From: Nitrosomonas sp.
GTDB taxonomy: Bacteria > Pseudomonadota > Gammaproteobacteria > Burkholderiales > Nitrosomonadaceae
Direction of reading: 5' to 3'
Assembly: GCA_019635215.1 (NCBI GenBank)
Contig: JAHBZZ010000010.1
Span: forward strand, 29,516 to 93,515
Length of the DNA stretch: 64,000 nucleotides
In this document: positions 31,313 through 40,886 of the stretch, piece by piece
How positions within the stretch are numbered: position 1 is the stretch's first letter
Layout: each line of letters begins with the position of its first letter
Notes under the pieces: generated by a model
Told to the model about the DNA's origin: nothing
What the model saw: the letters and a program-made list of their open reading frames with translations, nothing else
Database searches by the model: none
Program-made: the position numbers and the translations under genes

Positions 31313-32158
31313 TCACACCGGTTGAATCATGCCGAACAAGCCTAGCAGCATTTTGATTGCCAGACAATACAGCAGTACGACAAATATTTTTCTGAGCGTG
31401 ACGGTCCGGACTGAATGTGTTGTTCTTGCACCCAACGGCGCTGTCAGCATACTGGCCAGCGCCAGCCAGCCCAAAGCCGGCAGATAGACATAGCCCAGAC
31501 TATACTCAGGCAGAGCGTATGACTGCATGAGACCGTTCAGAATATATCCGACTGTACCTGCCACAGCGATAGGAAAACCAATGGCGGCAGCCGTACCGAT
31601 GGCATGTTGCATTTTGATACGGCGCAGTATCAAAAAGGGCACTGTCAGGATACCGCCACCGATAGCGACCAAACTGGAAACAACTCCGATCACGCCGCCG
31701 GCAGCAAAAAAACCGGATTTTCCGGGAAAGTCGCGATGAAAATGCGGATTCAAATCCGTATCCGGCTCAGGCTTAAAAATAAGCTTCAGCAGCATATCCG
31801 TCGCAACATAAAAAATAAACACGGTAAAGATCACATGCAACACCATACTGGACAGCATTCCGGCCAGAACAGTGCCGCTCAGCGTGCCGACCAGAATACC
31901 GGGAACCATGTATTTAAATATCTTCCAGTTAACCGCACCATGTTTGTTATGCGTATATAGACTGGCCGCTGCTGTAAAAATAATGGCAGCCATAGTTGTA
32001 CCCAGCGCAAGATGCAAAATACGGTCCGGTGGAAAACCCTGTACTGTGAAGAAGAAAGTCAATGCCGGAACGATAATGAGGCCGCCGCCAATACCCAACA
32101 GCCCGGCAAAAAAGCCGACGATGGCACCCAGCAACAAATAGATAAGCCACCATTCCAT
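31313..32158 (-). CDS. TauE/SafE-family sulfite exporter
   Basis: GFFAGLLGIGGGLIIVP, ALGTT, IGGGILTVPFL and AIGTAAA motifs; ~8 TM segments; likely start 32158 (track 32200). Confidence 0.9.
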   Translation of the reverse strand: MEWWLIYLLLGAIVGFFAGLLGIGGGLIIVPALTFFFTVQGFPPDRILHLALGTTMAAIIFTAAASLYTHNKHGAVNWKIFKYMVPGILVGTLSGTVLAGMLSSMVLHVIFTVFIFYVATDMLLKLIFKPEPDTDLNPHFHRDFPGKSGFFAAGGVIGVVSSLVAIGGGILTVPFLILRRIKMQHAIGTAAAIGFPIAVAGTVGYILNGLMQSYALPEYSLGYVYLPALGWLALASMLTAPLGARTTHSVRTVTLRKIFVVLLYCLAIKMLLGLFGMIQPV

Positions 32159-32166
32159 GATATAAA

Positions 32167-32628
32167 TCAGGCTTGCAGGATTTTCAGGATGAACTTCCAT
32201 TCATCCGGATCGACCGGCGTAATGGACAATCGATTGCCGGTTTGCAATATACGCATGCGCTTGAGCTCCGGGTATTGCCGCAATTCCTTGATCGTCAGTA
32301 AGCGCGTTTTCTTTCTGAGTGTGATTTCAACATTAAACCAACGCGGATTATCCTGACTGGCCTTGGGGTCATAATGTCTGCTGTTAGCATCAAATTGTGT
32401 CGCATCCGGATAAGCAGAATGAGTTACTTCGGCAATACCGACAATTCCGGGCTGTGCACAACAGGAGTGATAGAAAAATGCCAGATCACCGACGTGCATT
32501 TGTTTCCACATAAAATTGCGTGACTGATAATTACGTACGCCATCCCATACTGTCGTTTGGCCAGGCAAGGCAGCCAGATTATCAATACTGAATTTGTTGG
32601 GCTCAGATTTCATCAGCCAGTAACGCAT
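32167..32628 (-). CDS. EVE domain protein
   Basis: YWLMKSEP, WDGVRNYQ, FFYHS, DPKA...PRW and RLSITPV motifs. Confidence 0.95.
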   Translation of the reverse strand: MRYWLMKSEPNKFSIDNLAALPGQTTVWDGVRNYQSRNFMWKQMHVGDLAFFYHSCCAQPGIVGIAEVTHSAYPDATQFDANSRHYDPKASQDNPRWFNVEITLRKKTRLLTIKELRQYPELKRMRILQTGNRLSITPVDPDEWKFILKILQA

Positions 32629-32998
32629 ACCTATTCCAATCTATGAGATGATTTGTGTATTGATTCATGTTGTTTATTATAGTGCAGGTACGGTTCTTGC
32701 GTCACGGTGGTAGGAAAACGGTGTGTTCGTTAGAACAAAAGGCTCAGAATCGATTTAAAACCGGCTATTATCAATCGCTGATTCACCTGCTTGCGATCGA
32801 TATAGTCTTGAAAATGGATTGAAAGCAAGAAGTAATCCGTGCCTGATCTTATCCAATAAACCCGTGTAATATCAAAAGCAGACCAAAAAGAAATTTAATT
32901 TGCTTTCTCATTCTCTATAATAATGCCTGGATTCATTGAAACATTTCACAGACGATAAAGTGATGTGTTTACTATACTGACTAACAATAAATGGATGA

Positions 32999-33955
32999 AT
33001 GTTTATGACTGATGAGGAAGAAAAGCCGGTTAACCCGAAGTGGGAACGTCAGCTAATCGAGGGGCTAGCATTTGCCGCGTTGCGTGAGCAACGGCGTGTA
33101 CGGATCTGGGGTATATTTTTTAAGTCACTGACTTTCATATATCTTTTTATACTTCTTCTTGCTTTTACAGACCTGTTTGAAGGTACGGGAGTCGGGATCT
33201 CTGACAAGCACACGGCTCTCATTGATGTGAATGGCATGATTATGCCGGATAGTATCAATAATGCTGACAACATTAATGCAAGCTTAAGATCGGCCTTTAA
33301 AGACAATAGCACACAAGGCGTTATTTTGCGTATCAACAGCCCTGGCGGCAGTCCTGTCCAGGCAGGTTACATCAATGATGAAATACACCGGTTGCGTGCC
33401 CAGTATCCGGATATTCCGCTGTACGCAGTTATCGGCGACATCTGTGCATCCGGGGGTTATTACATTGCGGCTGCGGCTGATAAAATCTTTGTTGACAAGG
33501 CCAGCCTTGTCGGTTCGATCGGTGTCCTGATGGATGGATTCGGCTTTACAGGAACCATGGAAAAACTCGGTATCGAACGCCGTTTATTCACTGCGGGAGA
33601 ACATAAAAGCTTCCTGGATCCGTTTGCGCCGCTTGATCCGAAACAGCGGGAACATGTCACCGGGCTGCTGAACGAAATTCACGAGCAGTTCATTCGCATT
33701 GTGCAACAAGGCAGAGGCGAACGACTCAAAGACGCACCGGAAATTTACAGCGGGATGATATGGACCGGCAAGAAAAGTATTGAACTGGGTCTGGCGGATG
33801 CAATGGGCAGTACAGAGTATGTTGCACGCGAGATAATAAAAGCTGAATCGATAGTCAATTTCTCAGCCCGCGAGAGCCTGCTTGACCGCTTCACCAAGCG
33901 CGTCGGCCAGGTTTCATCATCATTCTTGCTGAATAACGATTTGCATCTCAGATAA
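32999..33955 (+). CDS. S49-family peptidase (SppA-like)
   Basis: N-terminal TM; INSPGGS, ASGGYYIA and VGSIGV motifs. Confidence 0.93.
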   Translation: MFMTDEEEKPVNPKWERQLIEGLAFAALREQRRVRIWGIFFKSLTFIYLFILLLAFTDLFEGTGVGISDKHTALIDVNGMIMPDSINNADNINASLRSAFKDNSTQGVILRINSPGGSPVQAGYINDEIHRLRAQYPDIPLYAVIGDICASGGYYIAAAADKIFVDKASLVGSIGVLMDGFGFTGTMEKLGIERRLFTAGEHKSFLDPFAPLDPKQREHVTGLLNEIHEQFIRIVQQGRGERLKDAPEIYSGMIWTGKKSIELGLADAMGSTEYVAREIIKAESIVNFSARESLLDRFTKRVGQVSSSFLLNNDLHLR

Positions 33956-34047
33956 TTTTCAGAAAGCTGAATCGAATGCGTGAGAAAAATATCAGATTGA
34001 AAATCCAATCGATATCATGCCGACAGTAATGCGCAAGAAACGATAAC

Positions 34048-34773
34048 ATGACCGGGAAACTATACCTGATCCCGACGCCCATCAGCGCGTCGGATATGGA
34101 CTGGATCATACCGCCATCAGTCAGGGCATCGATACAAACATTGTCCTGTTTTGTCGTTGAGCATCCCAAAACCGCCCGGCAATTTCTGAAACAAATCGCA
34201 TGTAAACTGCCGCTACAAGCGATTCAGTTGCACATATTGAATGAACATTCAAAGCCGGGTGATCTGGAGGCATTGTTGCAGCCGGTATTATCCGGCCAAG
34301 ATACAGGCCTGTTATCTGAGGCCGGCTGCCCGGCTATCGCCGACCCGGGCAGTGATCTTGTGCGCTTGGCACATGATAAAAATATTCCAGTTATTCCATT
34401 GGTCGGCCCCTCTTCGATCATCTTGGCATTAATGGCTTCCGGCCTCAATGGACAAAGCTTCTGTTTTAACGGTTATCTGCCCATCGAGAAACACGCGAGA
34501 CTGCAGCAGATTACCATGCTGGAAAAGCGCTCCATTAAACATAACCAAACACAGATTTTTATCGAAGCGCCGTACCGTAATCAGGGATTACTCGAACATA
34601 TCGTGCAAACTTGCCAGGATAATACGGATTTATGTATTGCAGCCCACCTGACTGCTGCCGGCGAAATGATTGCCACAAAAACGGTCAAAGAATGGAAACA
34701 AGCTTTATTACCGGATATTCATAAAATACCGACAATTTTTTTACTACAAGGCCACCCCCATTCGGCCACATAG
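34048..34773 (+). CDS. Tetrapyrrole-methylase-family SAM methyltransferase (RsmI-like)
   Basis: GKLYLIPTPI, LSEAGCPAIADPG, PLVGPSS and FIEAPYRN motifs. Confidence 0.88.
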   Translation: MTGKLYLIPTPISASDMDWIIPPSVRASIQTLSCFVVEHPKTARQFLKQIACKLPLQAIQLHILNEHSKPGDLEALLQPVLSGQDTGLLSEAGCPAIADPGSDLVRLAHDKNIPVIPLVGPSSIILALMASGLNGQSFCFNGYLPIEKHARLQQITMLEKRSIKHNQTQIFIEAPYRNQGLLEHIVQTCQDNTDLCIAAHLTAAGEMIATKTVKEWKQALLPDIHKIPTIFLLQGHPHSAT

Positions 34774-34826
34774 CAATCACCGTAACACCATTCACAAAAC
34801 AAAACGCGCAGTACCCATGAATTTTA

Positions 34827-35834
34827 TCAATCCAGATCCCGGCCCATCAGTAGATTGATGAATTTCTGACGCGTCTCACTGGATGCATCGCGATACAGTG
34901 AATATTGCGCATGCCGGTCAGGTTGCGCCGTATCGATTTCTATCCCCCATAACGGTGACAACGCCATGGGCAGATTCGAATAACGCACATCGATCAGTGT
35001 TTCAGGCTGTTCCGACCACAATGCAACCAGTCCGTCGGAAAAATGCGTAAAGCGTGCAATGTCCTCAGTAAGCGTCGATGAAGCAGGCAAATCCGGCATA
35101 TCGCGCGACGGATCAAACAATGCAATACTGTCCCCCGGATAGATGCGCGCATCCGAAAAAGGGCTTATGCGTATGGCATCCACATACAACCTGCCGTCGT
35201 TCTGATAAATCGATCGCCAAAGTATCATATTAGCCAGCGTGGGCTTGACCAGTAACCGTTCTATCGTATGCCCTCTTTCGGCAGCCAGTGTTTCAGCGAT
35301 ACCTTGCGCACGTTGCAACTGCACCCAGCCAAACGACAAATAAACCCCCGCGAGCAACAATCCGGTACGGGCCGCTGCATGGGAATATTTCCGAAAAGCA
35401 TAGATAACCGCTACAAGCAATATCAAGGTAAACACGGGATCAATCACCGAAATGATATTGAGTGCCAGACGCGCATCACTCAATGGCCAGAACAGATGCG
35501 TACCGTAGCTGGTAAATGCGTCCAATACGCCACTCAGGCAATAACCCAGAAAAGCAAACAGATAAATCCGTGCAAACGGCAACCGTTTGCGTAAAAAAGG
35601 CCATAGGAATACTGCAGCGATCAGTGCACCGAAAGGCACAAAAAAAATGGAATGCGTGAAATGCCGGTGGAACTCGATATTGAGTAAGGGATCGTTTTCC
35701 GACTGAATCAAGATATCCGCATCCGCGATGATGCCTGCGAAAAAACCGATACCCGCAGCCACACGTGTTTCTTCATACTTTGCACCGGATTGCGCCATAC
35801 CTGCGCCAAGCAAACCCTGGGTGAATAAATCCAT
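34827..35834 (-). CDS. Inner-membrane metal-dependent hydrolase (YdjM-like)
   Basis: MDLFTQGLLG, DADI, HRHFTHS and LDAFTSYGT..WP motifs; likely start 35834 (track 35912). Confidence 0.85.
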   Translation of the reverse strand: MDLFTQGLLGAGMAQSGAKYEETRVAAGIGFFAGIIADADILIQSENDPLLNIEFHRHFTHSIFFVPFGALIAAVFLWPFLRKRLPFARIYLFAFLGYCLSGVLDAFTSYGTHLFWPLSDARLALNIISVIDPVFTLILLVAVIYAFRKYSHAAARTGLLLAGVYLSFGWVQLQRAQGIAETLAAERGHTIERLLVKPTLANMILWRSIYQNDGRLYVDAIRISPFSDARIYPGDSIALFDPSRDMPDLPASSTLTEDIARFTHFSDGLVALWSEQPETLIDVRYSNLPMALSPLWGIEIDTAQPDRHAQYSLYRDASSETRQKFINLLMGRDLD

Positions 35835-36025
35835 AATCGTTACTACAAAAATAGCGTAATGTTCGTTAAAAACGCTGATTGCCAACTTAAAAACGCATTG
35901 ACAACCGCACATTAAATCAAATGAAAATAGATAAATACGACTCCCTACCAGCCGCTACCGCGAACAGCACATCCGTTCATAGCACGCCATTACACGGATA
36001 ACACACATTACCTCACAATAGATGA

Positions 36026-36640
36026 CTACAGATCAATACCCTTCTGCGCCATGACTCCGGAACGGTAAGCATGTTTGACATCATGCATTTCGGTCACTGT
36101 ATCGGCCAGTTCGCAAAGCGCCTGTGGCGCGGCGCGCCCGGTAATAACCACATGCTGCATGGATGGCCGGTTCTGTAAATCTTCCAGCACGGCTGCTATA
36201 TCCAGCCAACCGTATTTCAACGGATACGTCAACTCATCCAACACGATCAGATCCAGTTGCGGATCACGCAGCATGTTCTGAACGACCGCCCAGCCGCGTC
36301 GCGCCGTTTCGGTATCTCGTTCCAGATTCTGCGTATCCCAGGTAAAACCTTCACCAAGCACATGCCAGACGATGTTGGCATGCTGACGGAAAAACGCTTC
36401 CTCGCCGGTATCCGAGCGCCCCTTGATGAATTGCGCAACTGCAGCCCGCATACCGTGTCCTAATGCGCGCGCAACCATCCCGAATGCGGAACTGGACTTG
36501 CCTTTACCGTTTCCCGTCAGCACCAACAACAATCCTTTAGTCTGATCGGCACGGGCAATCGCGGCATCCACGATTTCCTTCTTACGCTGCATGCGCCTGC
36601 GATACCGCAGGGCCTGGTCTGCGTCATTGCAATCACTCAT
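36026..36640 (-). CDS. cobO: Cob(I)alamin adenosyltransferase CobO/BtuR
   Basis: TGNGKGKSSSAFG, QFIKG, LDELTYPL, ITGRAAP and KHAY...GID motifs. Confidence 0.96.
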   Translation of the reverse strand: MSDCNDADQALRYRRRMQRKKEIVDAAIARADQTKGLLLVLTGNGKGKSSSAFGMVARALGHGMRAAVAQFIKGRSDTGEEAFFRQHANIVWHVLGEGFTWDTQNLERDTETARRGWAVVQNMLRDPQLDLIVLDELTYPLKYGWLDIAAVLEDLQNRPSMQHVVITGRAAPQALCELADTVTEMHDVKHAYRSGVMAQKGIDL

Positions 36641-36643
36641 TGA

Positions 36644-37225
36644 TCAATCACTGGCTATATCACGTGAATGTGCTAATTGCCGAATGGAAACAATAATCAT
36701 ATGTATTGCAATGGCAAAACCCGCATAGAACAGGAATGATTCGGCATACATCGGGAAATAGACCGACATCCGTTCGGCATATTCAAGCCATGTGGTATCG
36801 GCAAAATGGCCCGAGAAGAAATAAAAACCACCACTGGAAAACAGTTCGCACAGGATTAATCCTGACATGATGCTCAAGGACAATGGCATCAGTGAGCGCC
36901 ATGCATAGTGATGCCGTTCGGCATACCAGCGACCGGCCAGCCAAAGTGATGCATAAGCCGGTAGCAGGAGAGTATATGCAGGCGTTAGGCAGAAGTCACT
37001 CACCCCACCCCAGGCATAAGCCATATAATCAAGCCACCAGGCCAATACCAGCAAAGCCGGTAATGGCCACACAGCGCGCAGATAAACACCCGCGAGAAAA
37101 AAGACCGCCCAGGATGCACCCGGTAGGTTATGCATCGATACAAAATAATGGCTGCGCGTAATGATCATTAACACGGTGAGCAGTAACGCGATAATCATTT
37201 GATGGCGTATGGATAAAGTAAGCAT
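36644..37225 (-). CDS. btuM: BtuM-type stand-alone cobalamin transporter
   Basis: TRSH, LPGASWAVFFLAG, WGGVSDFC (conserved Cys) and SGGFYFFSG match my recollection of Thiobacillus BtuM; context btuB-X-cobO is the known BtuM arrangement. Confidence 0.85.
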   Translation of the reverse strand: MLTLSIRHQMIIALLLTVLMIITRSHYFVSMHNLPGASWAVFFLAGVYLRAVWPLPALLVLAWWLDYMAYAWGGVSDFCLTPAYTLLLPAYASLWLAGRWYAERHHYAWRSLMPLSLSIMSGLILCELFSSGGFYFFSGHFADTTWLEYAERMSVYFPMYAESFLFYAGFAIAIHMIIVSIRQLAHSRDIASD

Positions 37226-37238
37226 CTTGACTCCTTGA

Positions 37239-39131
37239 TTAAGGTTGATAGCGTATCATGGCAAAGAAATTACGTCCCGGCTGGTTGAAAAACGCCGCTG
37301 TTTCATAATGCTTGTCAAACAGGTTTTCAATACGTCCCTGCAAACGCCAATGTTTATTTAAGATATATTCGGCGCGCAGGTCAAACTTGACATAGCTGTC
37401 CAGTTTCCGTGTATTGCCGAGATCGTCGAAGCGTTCGCCTTCTGCCAGGAACATGGCACCAATACGGTACCGACCAAACTCACGGTCAATATCAAGACGG
37501 AAGGATTGTTCCGCACGCCGCGGCAGTATATTGCCTCTGCTCGCATCGGCGGAACGGTTTTCCGGATCGAGAAACGTCAGATTACCATTCAACAGCCAGC
37601 CGCGGATTGTTGTACTGAGCACGGCTTCCAATCCACGTATGTGTGCCTGAGCGATATTGGCAGGCAAAAAAGTATTGGCATCGAAGGCAATCATATTATC
37701 AATCCGCGTATCATATACATTCAACGACCATTTGCCCCATGCCATATTACCACGTGTACCAAATTCAAAACTGCGCGATTCTTCCGGACGTAAATCGGGA
37801 TTACTGAAACCGGGAAAATAAAGTTCATTGAATGTCGGTGCTTTAAATGCACTGCCGAAATTTGCCGTCAGACTGATACGATCTGTAATGGCATACCCCC
37901 AGCCCGCACCACCGGTTACCCAACTACCGAACTGCTGATTATCATCATAGCGTAATGACAATTGCGCGCGATGACGCTCAACCGTTGCAAGATACTGTGA
38001 AAAAGCACCCCAGTTTGCGCGTGAAGTTTTGGTAAACACCTCTGAGCTGTCGATATGATCATGCAGATAATCCATACCCACTGTCAATTGATGATTCGGA
38101 TTGATCGTAAAATCATTCTGCAGACTCACTGTATCGCGTGTCGTATTGAAACGCGACATAAACAACCTTTCCAGAAAATTATCGCTGTCTTCGCGGCTGC
38201 GGCCTGCAGTCAGATTGACACGCCAGAAATCCAGCGGCGAATAACGCGCGGAACCGCCAAACACCTGCTGCAGTGTCTCCGACACATTGACAAAGCTGCC
38301 ATCATAGTGTGCTCTACCGGCGGAATGCATAAAGTTGGCGTCAAGTTCCAGACCGTTCTCAAACCGGTAACCGGCACGCGCCGAACCAGCCACATTACGA
38401 TAACCGTCACGATCGGGTTCAACCGTAAAACAACCGGCCGTATCGCTGCCCGTGCATGCATTAAAACCTTTAGTACCTATACCACTGGCCGTCAGGTTAA
38501 ACCATCCTCGCTCACTTGATCCCGACAGCCCGACCGAACCGTTCAATGTACCGTAACTGCCGCCGCCAAAACTGAAGCTGGGACTGAAACCGCTGCCACC
38601 GCTTCCTTTACGGGTAAAAATCTGGATCACCCCGCCGATCGCTTCAGAACCATACAGACTTGAACGCGGCCCACGAACAATTTCAATGCGTTCAATCTGC
38701 TCAAGCGGAATATTTTCAAATGCAGTGGTACCCGATGTCACCGATCCCACCCGGATACCATCGATCATCACCATAATATGATCGGATTCGGTGCCGCGCA
38801 TCTGTACAAATGTACTTTTTCCCGGACCACCATGATTCATGATGCTCACGCCGGTCACGCCACGCAGTAAGTCCTGGATCGACCTGGATTGCTGACGTTC
38901 GATATCTTCACGTGTAATCACCGTCGCTGAGGCTAATGATACGTCGGCGGATTGCGCTGTACGCGCTGCTGTTACAATGATGGGTTTTTCAAAAGGATAA
39001 TTATTCTGCGGTATGCTGCCCGCCGCTGCATCAGCCGCAACCAGTGTCATAATGACCATGCCAGGCAGAAATTCAGCGGCGCGCACGCCGCTTGCAGCCA
39101 TGATCGCCGCAAACCGATTGTATTGTTCCAT
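37239..39131 (-). CDS. btuB: TonB-dependent cobalamin receptor
   Basis: IIVTAAR TonB-box region; IERIEIVRGPRSSLYGSEAIGGVIQIFT plug end; FKAPTFNELY and GRIENLFDKHY; upstream B12 riboswitch. Confidence 0.93.
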   Translation of the reverse strand: MEQYNRFAAIMAASGVRAAEFLPGMVIMTLVAADAAAGSIPQNNYPFEKPIIVTAARTAQSADVSLASATVITREDIERQQSRSIQDLLRGVTGVSIMNHGGPGKSTFVQMRGTESDHIMVMIDGIRVGSVTSGTTAFENIPLEQIERIEIVRGPRSSLYGSEAIGGVIQIFTRKGSGGSGFSPSFSFGGGSYGTLNGSVGLSGSSERGWFNLTASGIGTKGFNACTGSDTAGCFTVEPDRDGYRNVAGSARAGYRFENGLELDANFMHSAGRAHYDGSFVNVSETLQQVFGGSARYSPLDFWRVNLTAGRSREDSDNFLERLFMSRFNTTRDTVSLQNDFTINPNHQLTVGMDYLHDHIDSSEVFTKTSRANWGAFSQYLATVERHRAQLSLRYDDNQQFGSWVTGGAGWGYAITDRISLTANFGSAFKAPTFNELYFPGFSNPDLRPEESRSFEFGTRGNMAWGKWSLNVYDTRIDNMIAFDANTFLPANIAQAHIRGLEAVLSTTIRGWLLNGNLTFLDPENRSADASRGNILPRRAEQSFRLDIDREFGRYRIGAMFLAEGERFDDLGNTRKLDSYVKFDLRAEYILNKHWRLQGRIENLFDKHYETAAFFNQPGRNFFAMIRYQP

Positions 39132-39262
39132 GCTGTTCTCCTCCGCGCCACCCGCGCGTTATCGGGTTAAAAAAGGACCGCAGAGGAAAGAAACAGATCA
39201 ATATCGCCTGAGCACAAAGATGCTATCCAGACGGTAACGCCCTCCGCAATACCATTGTATTT

Positions 39263-39675
39263 ACATCAGGCCGGTCTCCGGACTCATGAGTAGCGATATT
39301 CGTCGGAATATCCTCAATCTGCGCCTTCCCGTACATTGACACAGTGGCGTTCGTTGCAGACTGTTGGCTCATTTACCGTTGCGGGGGCAGTGCTGGATTT
39401 GTTCCAAGAAACTGCTCAAGATCTCGATCAAGGGGGGACGCGGTGTCAGGCAAAATTGAACGACGCAAGCAAAGCGCAGCGAGCAGCCGTAGGCTGGCCC
39501 GTAGGGCGAGGCCGCCCACGCCGAGTAAAAAGCGCAGCATACTCGAAGCACGTAAGCATTTTGAGTTCGATTTTAACGCAACAATGCGCCCTTCAGTGAA
39601 ATCATGAACAGGTTCTAATGCATAAAACACACCAGCTTCCCGTTTAACCTCTTGTTAACAAAAGGCACCTGAAGT
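39263..39675 (-). ncRNA. Cobalamin riboswitch with an enlarged P4 arm
   Basis: Minus strand: ACTTCAGG-TGCC..AAACGGGAAGCTGGTG [insert] AATCCAGCACTGCCCCCGCAACGGTAA..GCCACTG..GGGAAGGC..AGTCCGGAGACCGG-CCTGATGT; the P1 ends pair. Confidence 0.92.
39407..39616. mobile_element. ~210 bp MITE inside the cobalamin riboswitch
   Basis: Imperfect terminal inverted repeats AGAAACTGCTCAAGATCTC / GAAATCATGAACAGGTTCT. Confidence 0.7.
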
Positions 39676-39685
39676 AAGGTTGCGG

Positions 39686-39714
39686 AGCGTACAGAGATGA
39701 TGACCGAATGTCAA
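39686..39714 (-). promoter_or_regulatory. Sigma-70 promoter of the btuB operon
   Basis: TTGACA-17 nt-TACGCT, ending ~10 nt before riboswitch P1. Confidence 0.75.
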
Positions 39715-39816
39715 GTGCGCGCTTTTCCCAAGACAAAATAAGTCGGGATGCTGGCACTACCACGTGTGTATACGGGATCAGAAACACTCCGCAAATAAAC
39801 CGCTTTCCCGCCTGAG

Positions 39817-40494
39817 TTACAAGGTATTGCCCTCGGTCAACTCGAACGATCCTTCGATCTCGCCATTGACAATGTAGCTATAGATACCCCTCGGCAAGCC
39901 ATAGACCTGTAATGGCACCACTCTCTCAAACGGAACCAAAGCCTGAGTACATACAACGCTACCATCGTCCGGTACCATGCTCACAGCATTAACGGTGATT
40001 TCAAACCGGCCATTTTTCAGGCGCTGGTGGATTCCTCTAATGGCTACGCAGCCATTGGATAAGTGTCCCCGGATATTCAGAAATACCTGAACGGGAAAAC
40101 TATCTGTGATATGTGCCTCCACACTATCGTCTGGCTGGAGGAAGTAGACGGAGCGTCCAGAGGTAGGTGTTAATTCGGCGGATTTGAATTCTTGCAGTTG
40201 CCAGCTGTTGCTATTGGAATCGAATATAAACAAACCATCCAGAAATGCACCGGGCTGTTCATCGGTATCCACACGCGGAATCGTCAAAACACCATCGCGG
40301 TAGTATGGAAAATCCGTGACCGGTCCATTCGCAATTGTTAGCATTCCATCCTGCTCTAACATCCCGACCTGTGCATCCATGCGGACATAAATCGTATTAA
40401 TGTAATCGTCTGTCAATGCCTGTGAGAAAACCAGGTTGATCGATAAGCAAATAGATACAACAAATACTGCTAAATCCCTCTTCATACGATTCAT
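39817..40494 (-). CDS. Exported hypothetical protein
   Basis: 225 aa ORF with signal peptide, AGGAG RBS and Cys pair (GC..VCTQALVPF); no family assigned. Confidence 0.75.
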   Translation of the reverse strand: MNRMKRDLAVFVVSICLSINLVFSQALTDDYINTIYVRMDAQVGMLEQDGMLTIANGPVTDFPYYRDGVLTIPRVDTDEQPGAFLDGLFIFDSNSNSWQLQEFKSAELTPTSGRSVYFLQPDDSVEAHITDSFPVQVFLNIRGHLSNGCVAIRGIHQRLKNGRFEITVNAVSMVPDDGSVVCTQALVPFERVVPLQVYGLPRGIYSYIVNGEIEGSFELTEGNTL

Positions 40495-40660
40495 TTCCTA
40501 CTCCTTCTGATTTTTACTTTACCCGTAACTTAATAGCATTCGATTATTTTAAGCAGACCGGGGCCTTCGATACAACCGCAATCATGATCTACTGCAAAAA
40601 CACCCCATGAATCCAATGCAACAAAACATTAGATTTTCGGTGTAAAGTTCTATCTGTGCG

Positions 40661-40696
40661 AAAGTGGGAAAGTGGGAAAGTGGGAAAGTGGGAAAG
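40661..40696 (+). repeat. (AAAGTGGG)4 tandem repeat; G3N5G3N5G3N5G3 quadruplex motif
   Basis: Four exact 8-mer copies plus AAAG, in an intergenic region. Confidence 0.9.
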
Positions 40697-40886
40697 GCTC
40701 ACGATAATCGAGAAGTGAAAAATGACGAATCGATTTGACGTAGGTGTGGAGCGTTTACGGTGGATCAAGCATAATTCACGCAAGTTTCAAGGGTTCCGCT
40801 AACATAAATTGATCTCGATGTGCTGTAGCAGAATATTCTCGACTACCCGGATGCCTATCAACAGGTTTTTATTATAATCATTAGGG

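Noticed and set aside
32629-32998. 370 nt intergenic region next to the EVE gene as a possible 6S or other ncRNA
   Set aside because: No 6S-like long interrupted hairpin or conserved motif could be recognised; the zapA/ygfA context is absent.
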